A stretch of DNA of 64,000 nucleotides from Bacteroidaceae bacterium (GTDB taxonomy: Bacteria > Bacteroidota > Bacteroidia > Bacteroidales > Bacteroidaceae): assembly GCA_017469525.1 (NCBI GenBank), contig JAFUGG010000016.1, positions 77 to 64,076 on the forward strand. The letters are read 5' to 3'. This document shows positions 29,490-39,462 of the stretch, piece by piece. Position 1 is the first letter of the stretch; every line of letters starts with the position of its first letter. The position numbers and the translations under genes are program-made. Under the pieces are notes generated by a model that saw only the letters and a program-made list of their open reading frames with translations, was not told where the DNA came from and ran no database searches.

Positions 29490-29497
29490 TACCTTTG
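29490..29497 (+). promoter_or_regulatory. Bacteroidota -7 box (TACCTTTG) upstream of the flippase gene
   Basis: A TAnnTTTG match lies 66 nt upstream of the ATG at 29563, in the divergent intergenic region. Confidence 0.4.
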
Positions 29498-29562
29498 CAT
29501 TCAGATTTGTATAGAATGCATATTCCTTACAGGCTGTTGTGAGGAAGAATAGACGAGGAATA

Positions 29563-31101
29563 ATGTCTCAAGAGAGCGATAATAAGAAGACTTTGGCAAG
29601 GAACACTATCATTGTCTATGTTCAGATGTTTGTGACGATGGCAGTGAGCCTTCTTTCTGTGCGATTGGTCTTGAGGGCACTTGGGGACTCTGACTACGGA
29701 TTGTTCAATATCGTGGGCGGGGTCATTGCCATGTTCATGTTCCTGTCCACTTCCATGAGTGTCACGACGACGCGCTTCCTCAATTACGAGAGGGGGAAGA
29801 AGGATGGAGACACCAACCGTATCTTCAACCAGAGCAATGTGCTGCACATGCTCTTTGCTTTGGTCGTCTTCCTCTTGCTCGAGACGGCAGGCGTGTATTA
29901 CATCATCCATTATCTTAACGTCGCACCAGGCAAGGAGGCCGATGCCATGTTTGTCTTCCAGGTGTCCACGATTACTGCGTGCCTGGGTATAACGAATGTG
30001 CCGTTCCAGAGCATCTTCATTGCCCACGAGAAGTTCTCCGTCGTGGCTGTGGTTGAGATACTGAACGTGTTGCTGAAGTTGCTGCTTGTCTTGGTGATGC
30101 TGTGGGTATACGAGGGCAACGCCTTGCGCTTCTATGCCATCTGCATGTGTATGGTGACGGTGTTCTCCTTCGCTATCTATCATGTACTGGCCATAAGGCG
30201 ATGGCCGGACATCGTACGGTGGAAGCCGGTGAAGGGCTGGCGTTCCTACAAGGAGCAGCTGTTCTTCAGCAATTGGAATTTGCTGGCTACGTTCTCGCTG
30301 ATGCTTAGGGGGCAGGGTGCTGCGCTTATTATCAATCATTTCTTCGGTACTGTGGTGAATGCTGCTTTCGCTGTGGCAAACAATGTGCAGCAGCAAGTGA
30401 ATACTTTCATAGGCAACTTCGATACGGCTGTCTCTCCGCAGATAGCCCGCAACGTAGGCGCAGGCGATACTGGGAGGTCGCTGACTTTGGCCTGCACCAC
30501 TTGCCGTATGTGCGTGCTGCTCATGGAGGTGGTGTTCTTCGCGCTTTACGTTGAGCTGGAGTTCGTTCTGCGCTGCTGGCTGGGCGACGACATGCCTGAG
30601 GGGACCGTGACCTTCTGTGAATACACGCTTTTCATTGCCGTCGTGTCGTCCACCTCGGCGGGCCTTGTGCATCTGATTAACGGTTTGGGCAAGATAAAGT
30701 GGTTCAAGATACAGGGATGCTTCTGGCAGGTGCTGCCCTTGATGTTCGGTTGGGTGGCCTATTCCCGAGGCATGCCGCCCCATACCATCGTGCTGTTCTT
30801 TGTCGTGAGCGACGCCATGAGCCGCATCACTCAGTTCTGGCTCCTCCACCGCATCTACGGCATCAAGGTGATGACCTACGTCCGTGAGGCCTACACACGT
30901 CCGGCCATCGTCTTCGCCATCATGCTGCTGTACATGTTGCTCTACCGTCTGATGCCCATCGAGTCCTTCGTCGTGCATGCCTTGGGCATACTTCTTACGC
31001 TGCTCATTGCTGCAGGGCTGGCTTTCTCGATAGGCTTGCGCGAGGGTGAGAAGCGCATGCTGACTGATTTCCTCAAGACTAAACTTAACCGTCATGCTTA
31101 A
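29563..31101 (+). CDS. Oligosaccharide flippase (Wzx / MOP superfamily)
   Basis: About 512 aa and polytopic. The N-terminus TLARNTIIVYVQMFVTMAVSLLSVRLVLRALGDSDYGLFNIVGG is typical of Wzx. The long ORF on the opposite strand is H/Q/R-rich and was rejected. Confidence 0.75.
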   Translation: MSQESDNKKTLARNTIIVYVQMFVTMAVSLLSVRLVLRALGDSDYGLFNIVGGVIAMFMFLSTSMSVTTTRFLNYERGKKDGDTNRIFNQSNVLHMLFALVVFLLLETAGVYYIIHYLNVAPGKEADAMFVFQVSTITACLGITNVPFQSIFIAHEKFSVVAVVEILNVLLKLLLVLVMLWVYEGNALRFYAICMCMVTVFSFAIYHVLAIRRWPDIVRWKPVKGWRSYKEQLFFSNWNLLATFSLMLRGQGAALIINHFFGTVVNAAFAVANNVQQQVNTFIGNFDTAVSPQIARNVGAGDTGRSLTLACTTCRMCVLLMEVVFFALYVELEFVLRCWLGDDMPEGTVTFCEYTLFIAVVSSTSAGLVHLINGLGKIKWFKIQGCFWQVLPLMFGWVAYSRGMPPHTIVLFFVVSDAMSRITQFWLLHRIYGIKVMTYVREAYTRPAIVFAIMLLYMLLYRLMPIESFVVHALGILLTLLIAAGLAFSIGLREGEKRMLTDFLKTKLNRHA

Positions 31102-31990
31102 GATAGGTAGATTTGTTCCCGATGTCGTCCGCCACATGTGGATGGAGTATTGTCACAGGTCGTATATTGACCGCCAGTGGAAGATACGCTATGGCTACAA
31201 GGTGGACTGGCAACATCCCAGGGACATCAACGAGTGTATCCAGTGGGTGCTATGCCATGGCGACCAGGAGCGGATGGCGTTGTGCTCCGACAAGTATGCT
31301 GTCCGCCAGCTCCTTCAGGACAAAGGTCTGGGCGACATGCTTGTGCCCCTTTGCGGACGCTGGGGCAAGGCTTCCGATATCGACTTCGATGCTCTTCCCG
31401 AGAAATGCGTCCTGAAGTGCAACCACGACAGCGGTTCCTACCATTTCCTCGATAAGTCCCGGCCTTATGACAAGGAGGCAATCGTCAGGGACCTCACGGA
31501 GCATCTGCGCGTCAAATACGGCTATGTCCACGGCGAGCTCTACTACAACCGCATCGAGCCTTGCATCCTGGCCGAGCAGTGGCTTGTTCAGGACGAGCAC
31601 CCCTTCACCCAGTCGTTGATTGACTACAAGGTCTGGTGCTTCAACGGAAAGCCCTATTGCATCTGGACCTACCATAACCGTACGCGCGACTGTGTCTATA
31701 TGAACATCTACGACCTCGACTGGCAGGCGCATCCCGAGCGTCTTGTCCCCACGGAGCACTACCGCGACGGCGAGGGCGTAGTGCCGCGCCCGAAGAACCT
31801 CCAGCAGATGCTCGACGCCGCGAGCATGCTTTCCGAGGGCTTCCCGGAGGCGAGGGTGGACTTCTACATCGTGAGGGACAAGATATACTTCGGCGAGATT
31901 ACCTTCGCCACTTCCTGCGGCCACATTGACCACGTCGCGCCTGAGTTCCTCAGGGAGATGGGCAAGATGTGCAACATCTCAGGCAGGTAA
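31094..31990 (+). CDS. ATP-grasp fold amidoligase (TupA-like) protein
   Basis: DKYAVRQLL...VLKCNHDSGS...DYKVWCFNGKP...RVDFY resembles TupA-like ATP-grasp proteins of polysaccharide loci. It overlaps the flippase gene by 8 nt. Confidence 0.6.
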   Translation: MLKIGRFVPDVVRHMWMEYCHRSYIDRQWKIRYGYKVDWQHPRDINECIQWVLCHGDQERMALCSDKYAVRQLLQDKGLGDMLVPLCGRWGKASDIDFDALPEKCVLKCNHDSGSYHFLDKSRPYDKEAIVRDLTEHLRVKYGYVHGELYYNRIEPCILAEQWLVQDEHPFTQSLIDYKVWCFNGKPYCIWTYHNRTRDCVYMNIYDLDWQAHPERLVPTEHYRDGEGVVPRPKNLQQMLDAASMLSEGFPEARVDFYIVRDKIYFGEITFATSCGHIDHVAPEFLREMGKMCNISGR

Positions 31991-32587
31991 GTCCTCCGTC
32001 GAGGTGTCAATCTGATACTTTTCCGTCTTTATTGCTTCCGTTTTGATAGTTTGGTTTTCGAAGGCAAAGTAGGGCAAAAAAGTGTTAACAAGGGTTAAAT
32101 TACCATTCCTCAATGGTGAGTCGGCTCACTCGGCAGGGAGGGTTGGACGATCCTTTAGCCTTTGTTTATAAAATCGGCAGTATTCATTTGCCCAAGAAGC
32201 AGTGTTGTCTGACCCCAATAAATACGATAAAATGGTCACTTTTCAGTGCTTTTTCATGTGCTTTTCCTGTAAGCTTGAGGTGGCTCTCTGTGTAAGTTGT
32301 TCAGTCATAGGGGCTTGCTGAATTTTGAATTATTCTCGTGGGCGTGGGGTGGGGTACAGGGCCGAGATAAATTTTCAATTCTCAGCGATTATGGAAAATA
32401 CAAAGTGTAAGCAAATGGGTTGTATTGCGTGACATTTTGTCGGGCAAGGGGAGCGCGGCTGAGAATGTGTGTATGAGACGATAAATGCCGAAAAGTGGCC
32501 GTTCGTAAAATAAATATGGCTCTGCGGCAACATACTTTGATAAATTTTTCGTAACTTTGTGCCATAAATCCTAAAACTATTCGCTTT

Positions 32588-33805
32588 ATGAAAAAGTTGT
32601 TTTTCCTTTTGGCCTTATTGCTCTGCCTGAGCGCAGGCGCACAGAAGAAGGTCGTCGATTCCAAGACAAATTTTGCCCGCGAGGCACTTCAGCCCTACGT
32701 TGACAGCGGCCAGCTGCCGGGCGCCATCAGCATTTTCTACAACAACGGCGTGCAGGAGACGTGCTGCATCGGCTATGCCAACGTGGAGCAGAAACGTCCC
32801 ATCCGGCTCGACAACGTCTATATGCAGTGCTCGCAGACAAAGGGCTTCTGCGGCGTCACCATCGCCAAATTGGTGGAAGAAGGCAAGCTTTCGCTCGACG
32901 ACCCCGTGTCGAAGTACCTGCCGGAGTTCAAGGAACTTTGGGTGCAGGATAGCGACAAGGACGGCATTAAAACGCTCCACAAGGCCAAGAACGTGCTCAC
33001 GGTCCGCATGGTACTCAACCATACCGGCGGCTTCCCCTTCGAGTGCAGCGCCAAGCGCAATGACGTGAGAGGCGGCGGATGGTCGGGCGGTGCGCCGCTC
33101 CGACAGGTTGCGTCCATCGCGGCAGGCTCCCCCATCATGTTCGAACCTGGCACTCGCGACATGTACTCCAATACTGGCATCGACATCGGTGCTGCCGTCG
33201 TCGAAGTCATCACTGGCATGAAATGGGAGAACTACCTGAAGCAGGAAGTCCTCGACCCGCTCGGAATGAAGTCCACATGGTTCTGGCCCACCGACAAGCA
33301 GCTGAAGAAACAGGTCGAGATGTACGACACCCACGACAATGCTCCCGCCACCTATCGCCTCGAGAACGACTGGGAACAGCGTCCCTACAACGACAGCCAT
33401 GTCTTCGCTTCCGCTGGCGCTGGCCTCTGGACAACTGCCAACGACCAGCTGAAGTTCTATAAGATGCTCATGAACCTCGGCATCGGCGACAACGGCGTGC
33501 GCATCCTCAAGGAAGAAACCGTCAAGTCCATCCTTGCCGTAACCACGCGCCCCGACAACCTCGGAGGCTATTCCCTCGGCCTCAATGCACCGAAGGTGGA
33601 CGGCGAGAACGAATGGTTCGGCCACGGAGGAGCATGGGGAACGAACTGCATGGTCAATTGGCACAAGAAGCAACTCAAGCTCTGGGTCGTACAACTCAAT
33701 GGCCCGCAGCCATGGAACAGTGCTAAGGACAAGGCAGCAGAGAAGTTCTTCTCGCAGACAATCGACACGTCCGGTGTTGACGCCTATACTGGCAGGGTGA
33801 AATAA
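32588..33805 (+). CDS. Serine hydrolase (beta-lactamase/transpeptidase-like, class C related)
   Basis: A signal peptide followed by an SxxK motif (CSQTKGF) and a YSN motif (MYSNTG). Confidence 0.75.
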   Translation: MKKLFFLLALLLCLSAGAQKKVVDSKTNFAREALQPYVDSGQLPGAISIFYNNGVQETCCIGYANVEQKRPIRLDNVYMQCSQTKGFCGVTIAKLVEEGKLSLDDPVSKYLPEFKELWVQDSDKDGIKTLHKAKNVLTVRMVLNHTGGFPFECSAKRNDVRGGGWSGGAPLRQVASIAAGSPIMFEPGTRDMYSNTGIDIGAAVVEVITGMKWENYLKQEVLDPLGMKSTWFWPTDKQLKKQVEMYDTHDNAPATYRLENDWEQRPYNDSHVFASAGAGLWTTANDQLKFYKMLMNLGIGDNGVRILKEETVKSILAVTTRPDNLGGYSLGLNAPKVDGENEWFGHGGAWGTNCMVNWHKKQLKLWVVQLNGPQPWNSAKDKAAEKFFSQTIDTSGVDAYTGRVK

Positions 33806-33809
33806 ACAG

Positions 33810-34586
33810 ATGATAATAAGCACTCAAAATCCACGCATCAAGCATCTGCTCCTGCTCGGACAGAAGTCGTCGCAGCGTAGGGCGGACGGATTGTTCGTGG
33901 TCGAAGGCCGGCGGGAAGTGGAGCATTGCCTCGGGGCGGGCTATACCTTGCGGACAGCTTTCGTCTGCGAGGAGATAGCTGGCGCACCGCTTTCCCTGCC
34001 ACAAGGCACTGAGGTGGTTCCCGTCTCGCCCAACGTCTATGAGCGCATCGCTTATCGTGGCAGCACGGAAGGCATTGTGGCGGTAGTGGAAACGCGTCAC
34101 CTTGGGCTCAACGACCTAAAGCTTTCCCCGTCGCCTCTCATTGTCGTGCTCGAAAGCGTGGAGAAGCCTGGCAACCTCGGGGCAGTACTCCGAAGCGCCG
34201 ATGCAGCTGGGGCCGATGCCGTCATCGTATGCGATCCGCTGACCGACCTCTATAATCCCAACCTCATCCGCTCTGCTGTCGGTGCCCTCTTCACCGTGCC
34301 TTGCGTGGCTTGCACTACTGAGGAATGCATCAAATTCTTCAAGGCACGAGGCATCAAGATACTGACCGCCCAGCTGCAAGACTCTTCTCTCTATTATGAC
34401 ACGCCTATGACTGGCCCCACCGCAATAGTGATGGGGACCGAAGCCACAGGGCTGACCGAGCAGTGGCGACAGGCTGCCGATGCTCACATACGCATCCCGA
34501 TGCTGGGCCGTCTCGACTCTTTGAACGTCTCTGTCAGTGCTGCGATACTCCTCTTCGAGGCTGTCAGGCAACGACAAATACAATAA
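33810..34586 (+). CDS. TrmH/SpoU-family RNA 2'-O-methyltransferase
   Basis: SPOUT motifs LESVEKPGNLGAVLRSADAAG, IVMGTEATGL and IPMLGRLDSLNVSVSAAILLFE. Confidence 0.8.
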   Translation: MIISTQNPRIKHLLLLGQKSSQRRADGLFVVEGRREVEHCLGAGYTLRTAFVCEEIAGAPLSLPQGTEVVPVSPNVYERIAYRGSTEGIVAVVETRHLGLNDLKLSPSPLIVVLESVEKPGNLGAVLRSADAAGADAVIVCDPLTDLYNPNLIRSAVGALFTVPCVACTTEECIKFFKARGIKILTAQLQDSSLYYDTPMTGPTAIVMGTEATGLTEQWRQAADAHIRIPMLGRLDSLNVSVSAAILLFEAVRQRQIQ

Positions 34587-34678
34587 AGGAGAAAATAATT
34601 GACGCTAATGTGAGGCTGTATTATAAATAATGATATATTTGCATAGGTAATATTCATAAAACAAATAATAAGGTAAAA

Positions 34679-36295
34679 ATGATGAAAGCAAAACGACTTT
34701 TTGGTATAGCCTTGCTTATGCTGGCTATCTGTTCTGTTGCTTCGGCGCAGAAACGCTTGGACATTATGCTCAAGGACAAGAGTATTCTGTCTTGTCCGGT
34801 AGAGGACGTCAACTACATGGAAATAGTGGAGGGTGCGGCCGAGGGCGAGCTTGACGGCGTCTGGTATTTAGGTTGGAAGTTCGCGAACAGTGGCTCTGGC
34901 ACCAAGTCTCATTATGATGGCACGGAGCTGATAATCTTTACTGCCGGCCCCAAGATGAAGTGGGTCAAGTCAAATTCAGAGGTTGTTTACAACCTGACTT
35001 ATGGTGAGAATGGTGCCCGGCCGGGCGAGAGCTTCACTGCTGTCAAGGAGGGTGCGACGTACAAGTACACCTATACAATCTATGCTATGGAGGAAAACCT
35101 GCTTTCCTTCAAGCAAGGTTCGAACATTTACTATTTCTATAAGTCGCGCGATGCAGCGTCGTTGGCTGCACAACCCACTGGCTATTATACGCGTGCCCAG
35201 TATGGTACTGGCGAGGCACTGTGGGCTTCCAACCTCAAGGGAGGCTATTCTGGCTCGACGGTTACGCCTATGGGCAGCCACTTCGCTAAGTTCTCTGCTG
35301 CCACAGAAGAGGACAAGGCTTGGCTGGCCGACCCCAATAACCAGCCCGACTTGGATTGGCACGAACTGAGCGGATGGCAATGGACGGCCAAGACCATTAC
35401 CCTCTATCCGATGTCTTCCTCGCCTGTCCCTGCCGACATCAACCAGCACAGCATCGGCGACTGCTGCATGTGTGCCGTCTTCGCTTCGTTTGCCTATATC
35501 TATCCCGAATGGATTAAGACGATTATTGAACCCAATAAGACGACCAACCCGACACTCTTCACCGTCCACATGTTCGACCCGATGGGCAATCCCATCGACG
35601 TCGTGGTGGACAACAAACTGATGTGCAACTCCGGAGGCAGCTGCGGTCAGGTGTATGGAAAGAACACCAAGTACAACTGGGCAACCATCATGGAGAAGGC
35701 GCTCATGAAGTGGGAGACGCGCTTCCAGTGCAACAAGATTGGCGGCATAGGCACGGAGCACGCCGCACCTCCCTTCACGGGCAACGGCGTGAGCTACAGT
35801 TTCAACTGGGGCGACTACCTCTACAATGCCGAGTACTCGCTGATTGTCGATTACGCCTTGAGCAACGGCATGATCAGCGTGGGCGGCTTCCACGAGAGCG
35901 ACGTCATGATGGGTGAACTGAAGACAGTCACTGGTCACGCCTTCACCGTGATGTATCCCGACGAGGGTGCCGACTATCTGTTCGTGATGCGCAATCCTTG
36001 GGGCAACGAACCAGACGGCTCCACCTCCAGCAACCGCACCGATGGCAAGCTCAAGATTCCTAATGACCACGAGAAGCTTCGCCTCGTCGACTTCCGTCTC
36101 GTCTATCCTGGCGAGCAGATGGCGCAGTATAAGAAGGAGAACCTGGGTGGCTACACGCCGCCACGCTTCATTGCAACATACGAGGATATGAATCCTTCGG
36201 AAGACATGCTCCGCATGTACAACGTGAAGAACTACGTTCCCGTCTTCCCCTACGAGGCTGAGGCGACGGACGACACGGTGCTGGAGAAGAAGTAG
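34679..36295 (+). CDS. Calpain-like cysteine peptidase (family C2), secreted
   Basis: A signal peptide is followed by the catalytic Cys context QHSIGDCCMCAVFAS, the His context GHAFTVM, and MRNPWGNE (the calpain Asn/Trp motif). Confidence 0.7.
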   Translation: MMKAKRLFGIALLMLAICSVASAQKRLDIMLKDKSILSCPVEDVNYMEIVEGAAEGELDGVWYLGWKFANSGSGTKSHYDGTELIIFTAGPKMKWVKSNSEVVYNLTYGENGARPGESFTAVKEGATYKYTYTIYAMEENLLSFKQGSNIYYFYKSRDAASLAAQPTGYYTRAQYGTGEALWASNLKGGYSGSTVTPMGSHFAKFSAATEEDKAWLADPNNQPDLDWHELSGWQWTAKTITLYPMSSSPVPADINQHSIGDCCMCAVFASFAYIYPEWIKTIIEPNKTTNPTLFTVHMFDPMGNPIDVVVDNKLMCNSGGSCGQVYGKNTKYNWATIMEKALMKWETRFQCNKIGGIGTEHAAPPFTGNGVSYSFNWGDYLYNAEYSLIVDYALSNGMISVGGFHESDVMMGELKTVTGHAFTVMYPDEGADYLFVMRNPWGNEPDGSTSSNRTDGKLKIPNDHEKLRLVDFRLVYPGEQMAQYKKENLGGYTPPRFIATYEDMNPSEDMLRMYNVKNYVPVFPYEAEATDDTVLEKK

Positions 36296-36487
36296 AGCAC
36301 TGCGCCTCTGCGGATGCGGCTCCCGCATTCCCCGGGCGTCATATACATTATTATATATGCGCGTGCCTGCACGCGAGGGACGGAACCTCGTGCGTGGGCA
36401 CGCGTTTTATTATGCCGCCTGTCGCCATTCCCTACTGTTTGTTGCCCCGCCAGGCAGGGAGTGTTGCACGACTCGCCAAGGCTGAGG

Positions 36488-36535
36488 GTTTGCACATACA
36501 TGTAGATGCAATTGCACATACATGTACGTGCAAAC
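36488..36535. repeat. 48-bp palindromic element (family member 2)
   Basis: GTTTGCACATACATGTAGATGCAATTGCACATACATGTACGTGCAAAC. The arms are complementary with one mismatch. It shares the GTTTGCA...CATGTAGATGCAATTGCA...TGCAAAC core with 12147-12216. Confidence 0.8.
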
Positions 36536-36970
36536 AACCCGACGTGATGCATCTGCCGATGCTTCGTAAAGAGTCGGCTTGCCTCGGGTGTCTCTCGGGC
36601 TGGCGAAGGCGGGTGTGCCGCTCGGGTTATGCTTTCGGATAGGGACAAAAAAAAGAAGCTGTCCTCACGGATCGCTTCTCCAAAAACTAAAACTAACAAC
36701 TATTATTAACCTTCAAACAAATCTTTCTACCTTTTAGCAAAATAATTTTGCTGAGAACTTCTCTTGTTCCTTTTTGCACTGCAAAGGTACGATGTTTCTT
36801 TTATTCTGCAAGGGAAATGAGTAGAAATGTGCGCAAAATATCATTTTTGTTGACATAAATCAAGCGTTTGACACTTTGTTGATAGGTATCAATACTATTT
36901 TTGCGTACAAAGGGAAACCGCGAAGGGCAGAAGCAAAGGTATAGTTTGAAGGTTTTGCCAGCTGTATCCG

Positions 36971-39310
36971 CTAATCCTCGAAGTCGAAGTCAAACTCGTC
37001 GAACTCTTCTTCCTCCTCTTCTTCCTCGCCTTCTGTGAGGACACTGCCGCAGGGGTCGAAGCCTGCCGGAATGTCGAAGTTCTCCGACTGGCTATAGCCA
37101 AGCTTGCTGTCGGCATAGACCTTCTGGAGGAAATAGGCAGCGATGGGGAGCGCTGCGTTTGCGCCCTGGCCGTATGCCATACTCTGGAAGTGGATGTCAT
37201 GCTCGTCGCCACCCACCCAGGCGCCGAAGCTAAGTCGGGGAGTATAACCCACGAACCAGCCGTCGCTATTGTCGTTGGTCGTACCCGTCTTGCCGCCCAT
37301 GGGCGCAGTAATATTGTAGCGGTTGCGCATGCGAGAGCCTGTGCCGCCGTCGACGACGCCTCGCATCATGATAATCATCTTGTAGGCGCTCTCCTCGGAA
37401 ATAACCTCTTTCACCCTCGACTGGAACTGTGCCAGCACGTTTCCGTCGCTGTCCTCGATGCGTGTGACATAGAGGGGCGTGCGGCGTACGCCTTTCTGCG
37501 GGAAGGCAGAGTAGGCTCCCACCATCTCTGCAACGGAGATGTCGCACGGACCGAGGCAGAGGGAAAGCGAAGGATGGATGCTTTGGTTCTGGATGCCAAA
37601 GTCGTGCAGGAGCTTGACGAAGAGGTCGGGACTGAGCTGGCTCAGTATGTAAGCGGAAATCCAGTTGTTACTCGTTGCCAAACCCCACTTCAGTGTCACC
37701 ATCTCCCCATAGCGTGCCCGACTGCCATTGCGAGGAGTCCAGGTGCCACTGCCTGGTATGGAGTAGGTGCGTTGCTCGTTTGGAGCCACGTCGCAAGGCG
37801 ACCATCCGCTCTCCATTGCCAGCGAGTAGAGGTAGGGCTTGATGGTAGAACCGACCTGGTTCTTACCCAGCGTGCACATGTCATACTGGAAGTGGCTGTA
37901 GTCGACACCGCCCACGTAGGCCTTCACATGCCCCGTCTCGGTGTCCATGCACATGAAGCCTGTGCGCAGGAATGACTTGTAGTAGCGAATGCTATCCAGC
38001 GGAGACATCAAGGTGTCCTTGTCGCCCTTCGTCGTGTAGACCGTCATCTCGATGGGCGTATTAAAGGCCTTTTCGATTTCCTCGTCGGAATATCCTGCCT
38101 TCCTCATCTCCGTGTAGCGCGGGCTTTGCCGCTTCGCCCTGGCCAGGTTCTCTTTGGCCTTGGCAGCAGAGATGGAAGAAGAGTAGGGGGCATTCCTGCT
38201 GTTGCGCAGCTCCTTGTTGAAGAGCGGCTGCAACTCGCCAGTGACGTGCTTGGCCACAGCCTGCTCGGCATATTCCTGCATGCGGCTGTCGATGGTGGTA
38301 TAGACCTTCAGGCCGTCGGTATAAATGTTGTAGGGACGTCCGTCTCGGTTATAGTTCTTGTTGCACCAGCCATAGATGGGGTCGCGTTCCCAAGCAATCG
38401 AGTCCTCATAGAACTTCTGGTGTTGCCAGGAGGCATAGTCGCTGCGGACAGGCTTCTTAGCCATCAGGATCTGGCGCAGGTAGTCGCGCAGATAGGTGGC
38501 ATGCCCTTCCTTGTGGCTCACACGATGGAAGTTGAGTCCCAGGTCACGCTCTCTGAGTTCCTCCCTTTGCTCTTCTGTGAGGAAGCCTGCCTTCTCCATT
38601 TGCATCAACACCGTATTGCGGCGGTTGATGCAACGTTCCGGACGACGGACGGGATTGAAATAGCTGGGGTTTTTGCACATGCCTACAAGCAAGGCACATT
38701 GGCAAGTGTCGAGGTCAGAAGGGTTCTTCCCAAAGTAAGTCTGGGCAGCTGTCTTGATGCCCACGGCATTATGGAGGAAGTCGAAGTAGTTGAAGTACAT
38801 GCCGATGATTTCCTCCTTCGTGTAGAAACGTTCCAGCTTGAGCGCAATCACCCATTCGATAGGCTTTTGCAGGAGACGCTCCATCGTCGAGGCAGCCTTC
38901 TCGGAGTATAGCTGCTTGGCAAGCTGCTGCGTGATGGTACTTCCGCCACCGGCACTCTTCTGCTGGAGTACTCCTCGTTTCACGATGGCTCGCAGGAGGG
39001 CTTGGAAATCAATGCCATTATGTTCGTAGAAGCGCACATCCTCTGTCGCGATAAGTGCCTGGACGAGTGCAGGAGGCAGTTCGCTGTAGTCGGCAAAGAC
39101 ACGGTTGGCGCTGCTGTAACTCCAGGTCCCGAGTTGCTTCCCGTCGGCAGAGAAGACCTGAGTGGCGAACTTGTTGACGGGGTTTTGCAGCTGCTTGATG
39201 TCGGGCATATAGCCGATGGCACCTGTAAAGATACAGAAAAAGATGATGCCAACTGCAAGAATTCCCAAGATGTAGCACATCCAAAGGAAGCGGAAAACTT
39301 TCTTTCTCAT
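36971..39310 (-). CDS. Penicillin-binding protein 1A (bifunctional transglycosylase/transpeptidase)
   Basis: GT51 motifs (ATEDVRFYEHNGID, GGSTITQQL) and transpeptidase motifs (STIKP, KTGTT). The tail is acidic (EEEEEEEEFDEFDFDFED). I chose the start at MRKKVF (39310), which lies downstream of a -7 box. Confidence 0.85.
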   Translation of the reverse strand: MRKKVFRFLWMCYILGILAVGIIFFCIFTGAIGYMPDIKQLQNPVNKFATQVFSADGKQLGTWSYSSANRVFADYSELPPALVQALIATEDVRFYEHNGIDFQALLRAIVKRGVLQQKSAGGGSTITQQLAKQLYSEKAASTMERLLQKPIEWVIALKLERFYTKEEIIGMYFNYFDFLHNAVGIKTAAQTYFGKNPSDLDTCQCALLVGMCKNPSYFNPVRRPERCINRRNTVLMQMEKAGFLTEEQREELRERDLGLNFHRVSHKEGHATYLRDYLRQILMAKKPVRSDYASWQHQKFYEDSIAWERDPIYGWCNKNYNRDGRPYNIYTDGLKVYTTIDSRMQEYAEQAVAKHVTGELQPLFNKELRNSRNAPYSSSISAAKAKENLARAKRQSPRYTEMRKAGYSDEEIEKAFNTPIEMTVYTTKGDKDTLMSPLDSIRYYKSFLRTGFMCMDTETGHVKAYVGGVDYSHFQYDMCTLGKNQVGSTIKPYLYSLAMESGWSPCDVAPNEQRTYSIPGSGTWTPRNGSRARYGEMVTLKWGLATSNNWISAYILSQLSPDLFVKLLHDFGIQNQSIHPSLSLCLGPCDISVAEMVGAYSAFPQKGVRRTPLYVTRIEDSDGNVLAQFQSRVKEVISEESAYKMIIMMRGVVDGGTGSRMRNRYNITAPMGGKTGTTNDNSDGWFVGYTPRLSFGAWVGGDEHDIHFQSMAYGQGANAALPIAAYFLQKVYADSKLGYSQSENFDIPAGFDPCGSVLTEGEEEEEEEEFDEFDFDFED

Positions 39311-39332
39311 GAGAGATATAGTTTTAAGACTA

Positions 39333-39340
39333 CAAAGGTA
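39333..39340 (-). promoter_or_regulatory. Bacteroidota -7 box (TACCTTTG) for the PBP1A gene
   Basis: The reverse complement of CAAAGGTA matches TAnnTTTG, 23 nt upstream of the ATG at 39310. Confidence 0.45.
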
Positions 39341-39462
39341 CGACATTTAATTGAAAATTAAAAATGAAAAGTGAAAAATTATAAGAATTATAAAATAACT
39401 ATGAACTATGCGCTATGAACTATGAACTTTTTACTATCTTTGCACAGAAAAACTGTAAAGCA

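Noticed and set aside
29527-31137. 536-aa ORF on the minus strand opposite the flippase gene. Similar long antisense ORFs occur at 193-1269, 1698-2924, 4248-5402, 8285-9466, 9518-10921, 10964-11941, 12382-13929, 32615-33823, 34976-36328, 44968-46215 and 51492-52277.
   Set aside because: These are shadow ORFs of GC-rich coding regions. Their translations are H/R/Q/A/V-rich with no recognisable motifs, while the opposite strand encodes proteins with clear family signatures.
36250-36699. 149-aa minus-strand ORF spanning the palindromic element and the 3' end of the peptidase gene.
   Set aside because: It overlaps a well-supported gene and a non-coding palindrome. The composition is implausible (CMCNCIYMYV arises from the palindrome) and there is no start context.
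36776-36800. A TACCTTTG-type -7 box on the minus strand (CGTACCTTTGCAGTGC) with no convincing downstream ORF, considered as an sRNA promoter.
   Set aside because: A single motif match without terminator or conservation evidence cannot be supported from this window alone.
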